Positions 44,449 to 54,426 of a stretch of DNA of 64,000 nucleotides are shown piece after piece. Source of the stretch: an uncultured Candidatus Saccharibacteria bacterium (lineage in GTDB: Bacteria > Patescibacteriota > Saccharimonadia > Saccharimonadales > JBBQAJ01); contig CAZQHP010000001.1 in assembly GCA_964593805.1 (NCBI GenBank), forward strand, positions 517,283-581,282. The letters run 5' to 3'. The position numbers and the translations under genes were made by a program. The stretch's first letter is position 1. Each line of letters opens with the position of its first letter. The notes under the pieces were generated by a model. It saw only the letters and a program-made list of their open reading frames with translations, made no database searches and was not told the DNA's origin.

Positions 44449-47400
44449 TTTGCACCTCCTTTCACGGGGTTGCGGCGCTTGGCAGTGGCGACTCCTAGCA
44501 CCATGAGAATCATGGCAGTAATCGCATAACCTAGGGCTATTGGCGAACCGGTGTTTACCAGTACTGTGGTAGAAGCGCCCAGAACTTGGGGCGATTTTAC
44601 GGTTACTTGCGTGGCAACGAACGGATTGTCCGCAAAGTGTACGTTGCTGAGTACGACTTCTTCGTCTGGGCAACCTTCGTATGGCGGCAGAGCACAGCCT
44701 TGGGCAAAGGCAACGTCTGGGTAAGTGCCATCACTGACGCTTGCGGCAATCTTGGCCAGGTAGGTCAGCGTTACGACTTCACCAGGAAGCATATCTCCCA
44801 AAATCCAAGTACCAGGCGAACTATAGGTTGGTTCGGTGGTAATGCTAGCGGCTTTCAGGTCGCCGCGGAAGTTGGATACGGCCGTCCAGCTGCCAGGTAC
44901 GTAGTTGAAACCGGCTGGCGGCAGGTCGGTAACGGTGGCGTCAAACAGCGCGCCACTCTGTTCGCTCAGGCTGGCAACCAACGTGTAGGTAACCGTGTCG
45001 CCAACAGTAGTCGGGTTAGGCCGGTTGTTGCTCTTGGTCAGGGTAAGCTCAACGTCATGGTAGTTGCCCACAAAGCACTCCACGGTTTCGCCCGGCTCAG
45101 CGTACACATAGTACTCGTCTTCCACTAGTATTCCGCGCTCATCGCCATTGCAGTGAATGTTTGACAAGTGCCAGCCGTCTTGCGGTGTTTCGCTCAGCTC
45201 GTGGCCTATGCCCGGCTTAATGTCCGTGAAGGTGGTTATACCGTCCTCACCAGTTGTTTGAGTCTGGTCGTAGTCGTACTCTTGGCAGGAGTTTTCTGAT
45301 ATGACTTCGATCAGGAACTCTAGAAAATCAACTTGTTCGCAGTTCTGGTGGCCGTTCAGGTTGAACTCCCAGCCAGGCAAGGGTGGTTCTGGCAGCGCAG
45401 TTTCACCTGGGTCATACTGGCCATTGCGGTTGAAGTCGTTGTATTTGGTAACTATTACAGTAGCGCGCTCGGTATTGGTGATTACACAAGTTACATTAGC
45501 GCCCTCACTCATACGGATTTGATTGTTTAGGCCATCGTCACCGTGGGAGAATACGCCGGCAGAACTAGTACATTCCCATTCACTTGCATCAAATGTACCG
45601 TCAGAGTTGTTCACTTCGCTTAAGGTGTACGTCATATGGGACACAGCTTCTTCTTCATCCACGCCGTCTTCGCCGTTACCGCTAATAGAATCACCGGTTG
45701 TTGGGGTAGCTGTCAGAGTCCAGTCAGATGCCTGGTGAGCGGGATTGACACTGTCGACTTCTTTTTTAAGTGTCAGAACGGGAGCAATGTCATCGTTGGT
45801 GATGGTGCAGGTTTTGGTTTCGCCGATGGCAATGGTGCCACTACAATCGGAGCTAAGTGACTTGGTGTAACCGTCGTCAGCTAATTCATCCACGGCGTAG
45901 CTGCCTTCGTTTAGAAGCACGGTTGTGCCGGGAGATTCTTCACCAGGGAAGTCTTTTACAACTTGAGAATTGCCGCCTACCGTCATGGTAAAGTCATCGG
46001 CATTTTTTTCACCGCCGTTGTCGTTTATGACGTGTTTGATGACAATGAGTTTTGGCTGGATGGCCGTGTTGGTGATGGTACAGGTATATGACCCGCCCAA
46101 ATTTAGCACAATGCTGATGATGTCATCGTCCAGGGTGCAGTCGCCGTCTATGCCGGTAAATTCGTAGCCGGTTTGCTGAGTTTCGCTAATCGTGTAGCTG
46201 CCAGCGTCAAACTGCGTGGTTGAAACGCCGCTGGTTACGGAAGTGCTATCTACAAACAGAGGGAAGGCCGAAGCCAGTAGCGGGTTGCCGAACGGATTTA
46301 GCACTAGCTTTGTAACTGTCAAAGTTGGCGCAATATCAGTATTAGTGATAGTACAAACTGTGGTTTGACCGTTAGTAAGCGCAATCTGGCTGTTTGTGAC
46401 AGTAACGTTGTTTGTGCAAGTCCAGAGACTAGCAGAATAGCCTTCTGGACCGGTGCTTTCACTTAGCGTGTAGGTACCGGCCGAAAAGTCTGAACCGCTG
46501 ACTACGTCCGTATCACCGGTTGCACCAGCGCCAGAAAGAGGCGTTGGGCCAGTGGCGGTTAGCGTCCAGTCGCTTTCTGCTGCGTCGCCGCCATGCGTGT
46601 TGCTGACAAGCTTGTTCAGAGTCAGGCTGGGGGCTTGGTCGTCGTTGGTGATGGTACAAGTGGCAGATTCGCCTAAACCAAGCATGACAGTATCACTATC
46701 ATCCTGAGTACCGCCTTCGCAGTCCCAATCACTGGCCGTGTAGCCGGCAGTGCCGCCAGATTCAGACAGGTCGTAAGTGCCAGCGTCAAAGGAAGCGCCA
46801 TTGGAAACCGAAGGACCGGCACCGCTAAAGCCGGTTGGGCCAGTGGCGGTTAGCGTCCAAGCAGATGCGTCCGCTGTGCCACCGTTATCGTTAACTACCT
46901 CTTTTACCAAAGTAAGAGAAGGGGCATCGTCGTCATTGGTAATGGTACAAGTAGTGGACTGACCGTTAGTTAGAGTTATCTGGTTGTTGGTGACCGTTAC
47001 TTGGTTATCACAACCCCAGGTGCCTTCGGTGTAATCACTGGGGCCGGATTCATCAAGTGTGTATGTGTCAGCTTTGAAGTCAGAACCAGAGGTTGCTCCG
47101 CCGGCCCCGCTCAGGTTAGTCGGCGACTGTGAGCCGCCGGTAGCTGTCAGCGTCCATTCGCTGGCAACACGCTGGCCGCCGTTATCGTTGGTAACTGTCT
47201 TAACTAATGTAAGTGATGGAGCATCGTCATCGTTAGTGATGGTGCAAGTCTTGGTTTCGCCCAGGGCTACAGTTACGGTTGCGTCCTCGGCACAATCGCC
47301 GCCCCAGGCTCCAGCCGTATAGCCGGGTAGGCTGGCTTCACCTGCAGTGTGAGTACCAGGGTTAACCGGGTAGGCTACTTCGTCTAGTACGGCGTTGCTA

Positions 47401-49628
47401 TCAACAGTCAGGCTGAAGTCGTCGGCAACGGCTGAACCGCCGTTATCGTTTACGACTGTTTTGTCTACAATTATGTAGGCTTGCTGGTCGTCGTTGGTGA
47501 TGGTGCAGATTACAACTTCACCCAAACTTAGCGTGAGATCGCTGCCCACTAGAGTGCCGCCGTCACAGCTCCAAGTGCTAGGAGTGTACCCGTCTGGGCC
47601 AAGTTCGCTCAAGGTGTAGGTAAGTCCTGCCGTTGCCTCAGCAGTACCGGTCAGGGCAGTTTCCCCGCCATCGCTGCTAGTACCTTGTTCGTCAATTATC
47701 GGGGTGTCGCTGCCGCTTTGCGCGGTTAGAGTCCACTCATCGGCCAAAAATGTACCGCCATCGTCGTTTATAACCTGCTTCATCAGTTGCAGAACTGGCG
47801 CAATATCAGTATTAGTAATGGTACAAACGGTGGTTTGGCCATTGGCTAGAGTAATCTGGGCGTTTGTGACAGTAACGTTGTTTGTGCAAGTCCAGAGACT
47901 AGCAGAATAGCCTTCTGGACCGGTGCTTTCACTTAGCGTGTAGGTACCGGCCGAAAAGTCTGAACCGCTGACTACGTCCGTATCACCGGTTGCACCAGCG
48001 CCAGAAAGAGGCGTTGGGCCAGTGGCGGTTAGCGTCCAGTCGCTTTCTGCTGCGTCGCCGCCATGCGTGTTGCTGACAAGCTTGTTCAGAGTCAGGCTGG
48101 GGGCTTGGTCGTCGTTGGTGATGGTGCAGTATTTGTGTTCCCCGATGGCAATACTGCCTGAACAGTTAGCGCCAAGCGTCTTGGCATAGCCATCAACAGC
48201 GTCTTCATCAACCGAATAGCTCCCAGCATCTAAAGTAATGGTTGTTCCGGATTCATCGCCGGGGAAGGAACTGTCGCTTGGGTTTGTTGCCGTAACGTTC
48301 ATAGTGAAATCACCTGCCGCGGCGCCACCGCCGTTATCGGTAACAACATGCTTGGTTACGGTCAGCTGGGGAGCAATGTCATCGTTGGTGATGGTGCAAG
48401 TTATATTCTGTCCGTTGGCAAGCGTGACATTTCCGCCAAGCTGGGCAGGACAACCAGTACCAGTGATATTTACAAAACTGTAGCCAGTTAGACCAGCTTC
48501 ATTGATAGCGTACGAACCCGGTGCGAGCGTCAAAGTTTGTCCGGACGTTACAGACGTACCGCCGGTAGTCAGTCCAAAATCATTTGCGCCGGCCGTGCCA
48601 CCGTTGTTGTTTACAACGCTTTTTATGAGGGTAATAGTGCCTGTTTGTCTGGTGTTTGTGATCGTACAGACAACGTCCGCGTCTTCTGCCAGTGTGAAGC
48701 TAAGTTGCCTGGAAGTTGTGCCAGTCGGCGAAGCACTGCCTATAATTGAACCTGTACCGTTCAAATCTCGGCACACAATCGTGGTGTCATAACTTGAAAG
48801 CGCCGTGCTTGTGCCAGCTGTCTCTTTCACAATTACGGTGCCTTTTTTAACTACACGCTCGCCAGTAGTTCCACCGTCACCTTGGTTATTAACGGTAATG
48901 GTATCACTTGCTTCTGGGCCATCAATTATTAAATTAAAGAGTCCCGTATCGGAATTGGGGACTATGTCTTTGATAAGTTCTACTTTGCCAAAATCTTCAC
49001 GGGCAATCACACAATCTGAAGGGTCAGAGTTTGGCTGAGCCGATGGGAACGAACATACGTCAATAAGTTTAGCTGCTGCACCGCCAACAGTTGAAAGTTG
49101 AATAGTACAAGCACCTTGAGTATCTACTGGCGAACCATTCCCGGTAGGAAATGGGTCGGTACTTTGCTGGCTAACTGAACAGCTGGTTGTGCCGCTTGAA
49201 ATAACTGCCGCGGTAGAGGTACAGCGGTCAATTTTGGCATCTCCACAAGAATAAGTAGTCAGGGTTTGCAAAGTAGCTGGAGTATTTTCTGTAGTAACAC
49301 AGACCGCGTAATTGATATTGCCGTCTCCGTCCGTATCAAAAAGATTACATGCGTCCAAAGTATTCGCGCCGCTAGTTCCCAGATCGTCCCAGTTCCAGGT
49401 GGTCGCCACGGTAGTTGGCACTCCCGCGTAGTCAACACATAGTTTGGTCAGGTCTTTTTGGCCGGGTTCGTCATTGGCACCAGCAGTATCAGATACACAA
49501 ATTGGAGCGGCGGCGGCTTTTTGTAGTGATAAAAAAGGGCCAGATGCGGTGGCAACCTGGCCTGTGGCGATAACTAATATAAGAAACAAGCTTCTAAGTT
49601 TGTTTATAAATCCGCGAAACCTTTTCAT
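44445..49628 (-). CDS. Giant cell-surface adhesin-like protein (1727 aa) with 12 tandem Ig-like repeats, a DUF11-like domain and an LVNTG sorting signal
   Basis: A signal peptide is present. There are twelve ~100-110-aa repeats, each ending in C(T/V)ITN(D/T), with SpaA/Cna-B-like G.Y.L.E....GY cores. A C-terminal DUF11-like region (VGDTVTYTLV...VTDLPPAGFNYV) follows. The protein ends with LVNTG, a TM segment and KRRN. Confidence 0.9.
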   Translation of the reverse strand: MKRFRGFINKLRSLFLILVIATGQVATASGPFLSLQKAAAAPICVSDTAGANDEPGQKDLTKLCVDYAGVPTTVATTWNWDDLGTSGANTLDACNLFDTDGDGNINYAVCVTTENTPATLQTLTTYSCGDAKIDRCTSTAAVISSGTTSCSVSQQSTDPFPTGNGSPVDTQGACTIQLSTVGGAAAKLIDVCSFPSAQPNSDPSDCVIAREDFGKVELIKDIVPNSDTGLFNLIIDGPEASDTITVNNQGDGGTTGERVVKKGTVIVKETAGTSTALSSYDTTIVCRDLNGTGSIIGSASPTGTTSRQLSFTLAEDADVVCTITNTRQTGTITLIKSVVNNNGGTAGANDFGLTTGGTSVTSGQTLTLAPGSYAINEAGLTGYSFVNITGTGCPAQLGGNVTLANGQNITCTITNDDIAPQLTVTKHVVTDNGGGAAAGDFTMNVTATNPSDSSFPGDESGTTITLDAGSYSVDEDAVDGYAKTLGANCSGSIAIGEHKYCTITNDDQAPSLTLNKLVSNTHGGDAAESDWTLTATGPTPLSGAGATGDTDVVSGSDFSAGTYTLSESTGPEGYSASLWTCTNNVTVTNAQITLANGQTTVCTITNTDIAPVLQLMKQVINDDGGTFLADEWTLTAQSGSDTPIIDEQGTSSDGGETALTGTAEATAGLTYTLSELGPDGYTPSTWSCDGGTLVGSDLTLSLGEVVICTITNDDQQAYIIVDKTVVNDNGGSAVADDFSLTVDSNAVLDEVAYPVNPGTHTAGEASLPGYTAGAWGGDCAEDATVTVALGETKTCTITNDDDAPSLTLVKTVTNDNGGQRVASEWTLTATGGSQSPTNLSGAGGATSGSDFKADTYTLDESGPSDYTEGTWGCDNQVTVTNNQITLTNGQSTTCTITNDDDAPSLTLVKEVVNDNGGTADASAWTLTATGPTGFSGAGPSVSNGASFDAGTYDLSESGGTAGYTASDWDCEGGTQDDSDTVMLGLGESATCTITNDDQAPSLTLNKLVSNTHGGDAAESDWTLTATGPTPLSGAGATGDTDVVSGSDFSAGTYTLSESTGPEGYSASLWTCTNNVTVTNSQIALTNGQTTVCTITNTDIAPTLTVTKLVLNPFGNPLLASAFPLFVDSTSVTSGVSTTQFDAGSYTISETQQTGYEFTGIDGDCTLDDDIISIVLNLGGSYTCTITNTAIQPKLIVIKHVINDNGGEKNADDFTMTVGGNSQVVKDFPGEESPGTTVLLNEGSYAVDELADDGYTKSLSSDCSGTIAIGETKTCTITNDDIAPVLTLKKEVDSVNPAHQASDWTLTATPTTGDSISGNGEDGVDEEEAVSHMTYTLSEVNNSDGTFDASEWECTSSAGVFSHGDDGLNNQIRMSEGANVTCVITNTERATVIVTKYNDFNRNGQYDPGETALPEPPLPGWEFNLNGHQNCEQVDFLEFLIEVISENSCQEYDYDQTQTTGEDGITTFTDIKPGIGHELSETPQDGWHLSNIHCNGDERGILVEDEYYVYAEPGETVECFVGNYHDVELTLTKSNNRPNPTTVGDTVTYTLVASLSEQSGALFDATVTDLPPAGFNYVPGSWTAVSNFRGDLKAASITTEPTYSSPGTWILGDMLPGEVVTLTYLAKIAASVSDGTYPDVAFAQGCALPPYEGCPDEEVVLSNVHFADNPFVATQVTVKSPQVLGASTTVLVNTGSPIALGYAITAMILMVLGVATAKRRNPVKGGAK
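44448..44561 (-). other. Cell-wall sorting signal of the giant protein (LVNTG, hydrophobic segment, basic tail)
   Basis: The LVNTG codons lie at 44547-44561 (ctggtaaacaccggt on the minus strand). They are followed by SPIALGYAITAMILMVLGVATA and KRRNPVKGGAK. Confidence 0.7.
46326..46655 (-). repeat. Intragenic 330-bp direct repeat, copy 1
   Basis: It aligns to 47796-48125 (offset 1470 bp, or 490 codons). The segment 46392-46655 is 100% identical to 47862-48125 (264 bp). Confidence 0.95.
47796..48125 (-). repeat. Intragenic 330-bp direct repeat, copy 2
   Basis: See 46326-46655. Confidence 0.95.
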
Positions 49629-49832
49629 ACCAACGCTCCTTGTTGTTTATGGAAATTGGTTGGGTTCGCTACTCCTAGGCTCCACACTGTTCAAGCGACA
49701 CTAATACAAACAGTGTTTCATCGCCCCCCAATGTCCCCTAAGCCGTTTTTAAGCTCTTTGTTCTGAAAAGCATTATCACCCTGTTTTAATAAAAATGCAA
49801 GACCATAATACCAATTTAATGACAAAAACCAC

Positions 49833-49853
49833 CCCGGAGGATGGCTTTTGCTG
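49833..49853 (-). terminator. Intrinsic terminator after the 49869-50402 gene (minus strand)
   Basis: On the minus strand, ccatcc-tccg-ggggtgg forms a hairpin followed by TTTTT. Confidence 0.55.
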
Positions 49854-49868
49854 TTTACGAACTGTGTT

Positions 49869-50402
49869 TTAAACTGTTGGTGTTGTTGGTGTAGCTGTTT
49901 TGCCGCCAAATTTTTCCCGGACTTGGAAAAGCAAGTAAAAGGCTATGGCAGAGCCGATTAGGCTGCCAACAAAACTGCCGACGCCGCGGTTAAACGTAAA
50001 GATCTGAATCACGCCGTAGCCTAGGTTGATCAGTGACGCCAAGAACAACAAATCCCAGCCGCTGCGCAGCCGTTTTTGCAGCTTTGGAAACGCCATCAGC
50101 AAAATCACCGCGTCTACCGCCAGCAGGGCAATGCCCAAGTAGATTACTGTCTTGTCAAACCCAGACGGGCCAGCCGCGTACCCGGCGTAATAAACGGACA
50201 ACGAATTGGCCACGTCAGTCACGCGGTCTGCCCAATTAGCTAGATTCCACAAAGCAAGCGCCGCGAACAGTTGCAGCACGCCGCCAATCAGCGCCAGCCA
50301 TGGCCAAACTTTTGCCAAGCCTTCTTTGGTGCTGTCTGGCAACGACGGCAAATCTTTAAAAACTTTTTCCAGACTTGTTTCTGCCTTTTGTAATGCCCCC
50401 AT
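49869..50402 (-). CDS. Hypothetical integral membrane protein
   Basis: The ATG at 50402 (MGALQKAETS) was chosen as the start. The protein has 4 TM segments. Confidence 0.55.
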   Translation of the reverse strand: MGALQKAETSLEKVFKDLPSLPDSTKEGLAKVWPWLALIGGVLQLFAALALWNLANWADRVTDVANSLSVYYAGYAAGPSGFDKTVIYLGIALLAVDAVILLMAFPKLQKRLRSGWDLLFLASLINLGYGVIQIFTFNRGVGSFVGSLIGSAIAFYLLFQVREKFGGKTATPTTPTV

Positions 50403-50474
50403 ACGAACTCCTTTGGTTAATAGTTTAAGAATAAACCCCCGACACCCCGAACGCAAGCAAGGTACAATGTACCT

Positions 50475-53400
50475 GTGCAAAACTTTGAGACTGAGTACAG
50501 CAAACTGAACGATCAACAGAAACTAGCGGTCGATGAAATTGACGGGCCGGTACTGGTAGTGGCCGGCCCCGGCACTGGCAAAACTCAGCTGCTCAGCGCC
50601 CGCGTGGCCAACATCTTGAAACGCACCGACACCGACCCATCGAGCATCCTCTGCCTGACTTTCACCAACAAAGCCGCGCTCAACATGCGCCAGCGCCTGA
50701 ACAAACTCATCGGGCCGGATAGCCGATTCGTGGTGGTCAAGACGTTTCACAGCTTTGCGGCCGAGCTGATGAACAATTATCCGGACTATTTCTGGAACGG
50801 TGCTAGTTTGAGCGTAGCGCCAGAAGCCGTTCAGCTGGAAATAATTCAGAACATCCTGGCCGGCCTGCCGCTGGATAACCCGCTTAGCAGTACCTTTGCC
50901 GGCGCTTTCACGCAGCTGCCTGACGTCAAACAGGCCCTGAAACTCGCCAAAGAAGCCGGCCTGACTCCAGACGACCTGCGCACTGCCATAAAACACAATC
51001 TAGACTACCTGGACAAACTAGAACCAACCATGGTTGATTTGCTGTCGCCGCCGTTAAGCGGCAAACAACTTCCAGTTCTGGAAGCCAAAATCTCCAAGCT
51101 GCCGCTGCACAAAACTCTCCCCGCCAGGCTTATCCTGCCTCTAAACCAAGTTATCGCTGAGAGCCTACGGCTCGCCATAGAGCAAGACGAGCCAACTGGC
51201 AAAACCACCAGCACTGGCAAATGGAAAAAACGCTGGATTCAAACTGTCGACGGCCAAAAGGGCATGTTTGACGAACGCCGGCGCAATCAGTGGTGGCTGG
51301 CCGTTGCCGACGTGTATGAAAACTACCGAGACCAGCTGCACCAGCGCGGTTTCTATGACTATGCAGACATGATGATAGAAGTTATCGAGCAGCTATCCCA
51401 AAACGCGGACATGCGCGCCGATGTCCAGGAAAGGTTCTTGTACGTGCTGATAGACGAATTTCAGGACACCAATGCCGCCCAACTGCGGCTGGCTCATCTG
51501 GTTGCCGATCATTACACCGCCAACAACCGGCCGAACCTGATGACAGTTGGCGATGACGATCAGTCCATCTTTGCCTTTAACGGCGCCGAGCTAAACAACA
51601 TGCTCGAGTTTCGGCGCAGCTACCCTGACACCAAACTGATAGTGCTGCAGAAAAACTACCGCTCGTCACAAAAAGTCCTGGACAGCGCTACAGACATTAT
51701 CACTCAGGCCGAAGACCGCCTGGTAAACCGTGAACCAGACATTACCAAGCAGCTGTCGGCCGAAAACGAGCCTAAATCCAAAAGCGTGATTCAGCATTTG
51801 TCCTACCCGACCCGCCAGCACCAGCAGCTAAACGTCGCGCGGCGAGTTAAAGAGCTATGGGAAAACGGCAACGACAGCGTAGCGGTGCTAGCCCGTACCC
51901 ACGATAGTTTGCGGCAGCTGGCCGGCATATTGTCTGCTGAACAGGTGGACATCAGCTACGAGCGGCGCAGCAACGTACTGGAACATTCAGCCGTGTTAGA
52001 CGTCTACACCATGGCAGCGGCTGCTCTAGCCATAAGCAGCGGCGACAAAACCCAAACCAACCTGCTACTAGCCAAACTGCTGCGTCACCCCATGTGGGAC
52101 ATCAGCCCAAAGGCGCTTTGGAAACTGGCAACCGACAACTACAGCTCGCCGGACTGGCTGGGCAGCCTGCATGAAAGTGCCGACTCCAAACTGAGTAACA
52201 TTGCTTTGTGGCTTGGCTGGCTGGGGCGCAGCAGCGCCGAACAACCGCTCGGGATCACCCTGGAGTACTTGCTGGGACTTAGAGAAGGCGAATACCTGGA
52301 AAGCCCTTTCCGGAATTATCATCTCTCTCAGCGCACCCTGACCGCTGAATACCTGGAGTGTTTGTCGGCAGTCGAACAGCTGCGCAACCTGGCTCAGGAG
52401 TTTTCGACTCAGCCCAACCCTACGCTGGAAGACTTTGTACGCTTTATAGAGCTCAACCACCGCACCGGGCAGGTGATAGCCGACGAATCGTGGTTTAACA
52501 GCGGCGAAAAAGCCGTCGAGCTGCTGACTATATATAAAGCCAAGGGTCTGGAGTTTGATCACGTCTTTGTGATTGACGCCATAGAGGATATGTGGAAACC
52601 GCGAACAGCTCGGCGTAAGTCTCCGGCCAACCTGCGGTTAGAGTCCTACGGCGAAAAATATGACGACTACGTCCGACTGTTGTACGTGGCGGCGTCTCGT
52701 GCCAAAAGCACTCTGACAGTCAGCAGTTACCGTAGTAGCGATAACGGCACGGACTTGCTGCCTTCGCCACTGCTTTCTGCCTTGCCGCTGAAAACCATAG
52801 ATGAACCGGCTGAACAGCCGCAAGAAGTCCTGGAGGCAGATTTGCGCTGGCCACGCCTGCACATAACGGATGAAAAAGCGCTGCTGGCCGGCCGCATGGA
52901 GGACTTTTACCTCAGCCCCACCAGTTTGACGGACTTTCTGGACGTTACCCAAGCCGGACCGGCGGTGTTTATGGAACGGCATTTACTGCGACTGCCCCGC
53001 GCTAGCTCGCCATCCGGCGGTTATGGCACCGCCATCCACGCCGCCCTAGAAACCGCCCTGCGGCTTGTCAACACCGTAAAGCTAAACCTAGACACCGTGT
53101 TAGACAGGTTTGAGACCAGCCTAACCGAGCAGCGGCTAGCACCAGCCGACTTTGAACTGTACAAAAACAAAGGCCGCGGACTACTGACTGAACTTATCCG
53201 CGGCAAACAGCTGATACTGCCCAAAGGCAGCCTGGCCGAACAGTCTATAAATGACGTGCTGATTGGCGAAGCCAGACTAGGCGGCAAACTGGACCGTCTG
53301 GACTTGCCGGACAAAAACACGCTCATCATCTCTGATTACAAAACCGGCAAAGCCCTGAGTAGCTTTGATACCAAAGACAAAACCAAAGAGCACAAAGCCT

Positions 53401-53684
53401 GGCGCAGCCGCTACCAGTTGCTGTTTTACTGCTTACTGGCAAGAAACAGCAGCCGCTACGGCAAAATCTCCAACGTATCTGGCAAAATCATCTACGTCGA
53501 AGCCCCGCATCCAGATGCTACGGCTCTCACGCTAGTACCAACGGAGCAGGAACTAGAGGAATTATCCCGCCTAGTCCAAGTAGTCTGGCAGCACATCGTA
53601 AACCTAGACTTCCCAGACATCTCTGCCTACACCCCCGACCTAACCGGCATCCAAGCCTTCACCACCACCATCCTCAAGAAGTAA
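50475..53684 (+). CDS. UvrD/PcrA-family SF1 helicase fused to a C-terminal PD-(D/E)XK (RecB/AddA-type) nuclease domain
   Basis: It has a GTG start, a Walker A motif (VVAGPGTGKTQ), LIDEFQDTN and YRS motifs. The C-terminal sequence GGKLDRLD...IISDYKTGK is the RecB-family nuclease signature. Confidence 0.85.
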   Translation: MQNFETEYSKLNDQQKLAVDEIDGPVLVVAGPGTGKTQLLSARVANILKRTDTDPSSILCLTFTNKAALNMRQRLNKLIGPDSRFVVVKTFHSFAAELMNNYPDYFWNGASLSVAPEAVQLEIIQNILAGLPLDNPLSSTFAGAFTQLPDVKQALKLAKEAGLTPDDLRTAIKHNLDYLDKLEPTMVDLLSPPLSGKQLPVLEAKISKLPLHKTLPARLILPLNQVIAESLRLAIEQDEPTGKTTSTGKWKKRWIQTVDGQKGMFDERRRNQWWLAVADVYENYRDQLHQRGFYDYADMMIEVIEQLSQNADMRADVQERFLYVLIDEFQDTNAAQLRLAHLVADHYTANNRPNLMTVGDDDQSIFAFNGAELNNMLEFRRSYPDTKLIVLQKNYRSSQKVLDSATDIITQAEDRLVNREPDITKQLSAENEPKSKSVIQHLSYPTRQHQQLNVARRVKELWENGNDSVAVLARTHDSLRQLAGILSAEQVDISYERRSNVLEHSAVLDVYTMAAAALAISSGDKTQTNLLLAKLLRHPMWDISPKALWKLATDNYSSPDWLGSLHESADSKLSNIALWLGWLGRSSAEQPLGITLEYLLGLREGEYLESPFRNYHLSQRTLTAEYLECLSAVEQLRNLAQEFSTQPNPTLEDFVRFIELNHRTGQVIADESWFNSGEKAVELLTIYKAKGLEFDHVFVIDAIEDMWKPRTARRKSPANLRLESYGEKYDDYVRLLYVAASRAKSTLTVSSYRSSDNGTDLLPSPLLSALPLKTIDEPAEQPQEVLEADLRWPRLHITDEKALLAGRMEDFYLSPTSLTDFLDVTQAGPAVFMERHLLRLPRASSPSGGYGTAIHAALETALRLVNTVKLNLDTVLDRFETSLTEQRLAPADFELYKNKGRGLLTELIRGKQLILPKGSLAEQSINDVLIGEARLGGKLDRLDLPDKNTLIISDYKTGKALSSFDTKDKTKEHKAWRSRYQLLFYCLLARNSSRYGKISNVSGKIIYVEAPHPDATALTLVPTEQELEELSRLVQVVWQHIVNLDFPDISAYTPDLTGIQAFTTTILKK

Positions 53685-53696
53685 CCATTCAAAAAC
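53671..53696 (+). repeat. 26-bp direct repeat (helicase 3' end and stop), left copy
   Basis: tcctcaagaagtaaccattcaaaaac is identical to 54427-54452. Confidence 0.95.
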
Positions 53697-53724
53697 CCCT
53701 CTAAAAGTGCTATGCTCCTATGCA

Positions 53725-54375
53725 ATGAGTGAGTTAATCGGAGATGACATCAAGGCTGTTCTTTTTGATCATGATGACACACTGGTTGGAACTATCGAGG
53801 CAAAATGGGCTGCACACAAACATGTAGCAAAAACTCATTACAACAAAGAACTTCTCGATGAGGAGATTCGGCAACACTGGGGCAAGCCTCTGAGTACGTT
53901 AGTGGGGTTGCTTTACGAGACTAACGACATTGATACTGCTTTGAAGCGTGAAATGGCTACGCACCCGGATTTCCCAAAGCGTCTGTTTGAGTCAACCATC
54001 GGCGTGTTGGAGCGTATAAGGCAGCTAGGAAAATTCGTGGGCCTAGTAACGGCAACAAGTCGTAGATCCTTTGTATATGATTTAGATACATTGGGTATCC
54101 CACTGGCCTTGTTTGATTACACTCATACAGAGGACGACGCAGTATTTCATAAACCCGACTCACGAGTCTTTGAGCCGGCTAAACAATGGCTGGCACAGCA
54201 TGACATTGTTGCAGAAGAGGCCATGTATGTCGGTGACGGTCTTCATGACAAAAGAGCGGCTGAAGACGCTGGGTTTAATTTTGTCGGAGTGGCCACCGGG
54301 CTAGTTACAGTTGAAGAGTTTAGAAAAGCCGGCGCAAAAGCTGTCGCCTCGCTTGAAGACCTCCTACCAAAATAA
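53725..54375 (+). CDS. HAD-superfamily hydrolase (subfamily IA-like phosphatase)
   Basis: Contains motif I (LFDHDDTLV), motif II (VTATS) and motif IV (VGDGLHD). Confidence 0.8.
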   Translation: MSELIGDDIKAVLFDHDDTLVGTIEAKWAAHKHVAKTHYNKELLDEEIRQHWGKPLSTLVGLLYETNDIDTALKREMATHPDFPKRLFESTIGVLERIRQLGKFVGLVTATSRRSFVYDLDTLGIPLALFDYTHTEDDAVFHKPDSRVFEPAKQWLAQHDIVAEEAMYVGDGLHDKRAAEDAGFNFVGVATGLVTVEEFRKAGAKAVASLEDLLPK

Positions 54376-54426
54376 GTTCAAAAACCCCTCTAGAGGCGCG
54401 GCACGTACAGGCCACCAATCGCACCC

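Noticed and set aside
44859-44867. An RGD tripeptide (FRGDLK) occurs in the C-terminal domain of the giant adhesin.
   Set aside because: A single RGD in 1727 residues is expected by chance. Integrin binding is not relevant without evidence for a eukaryotic host.
44586-49704. About 20 plus-strand ORFs of 60-180 aa lie inside the giant adhesin gene.
   Set aside because: They are shadow ORFs antisense to a continuous 1727-codon gene with a clear repeat, domain and signal structure. Their translations are low-complexity mirror images (Ser/Val/Pro-rich) with no start-site support.
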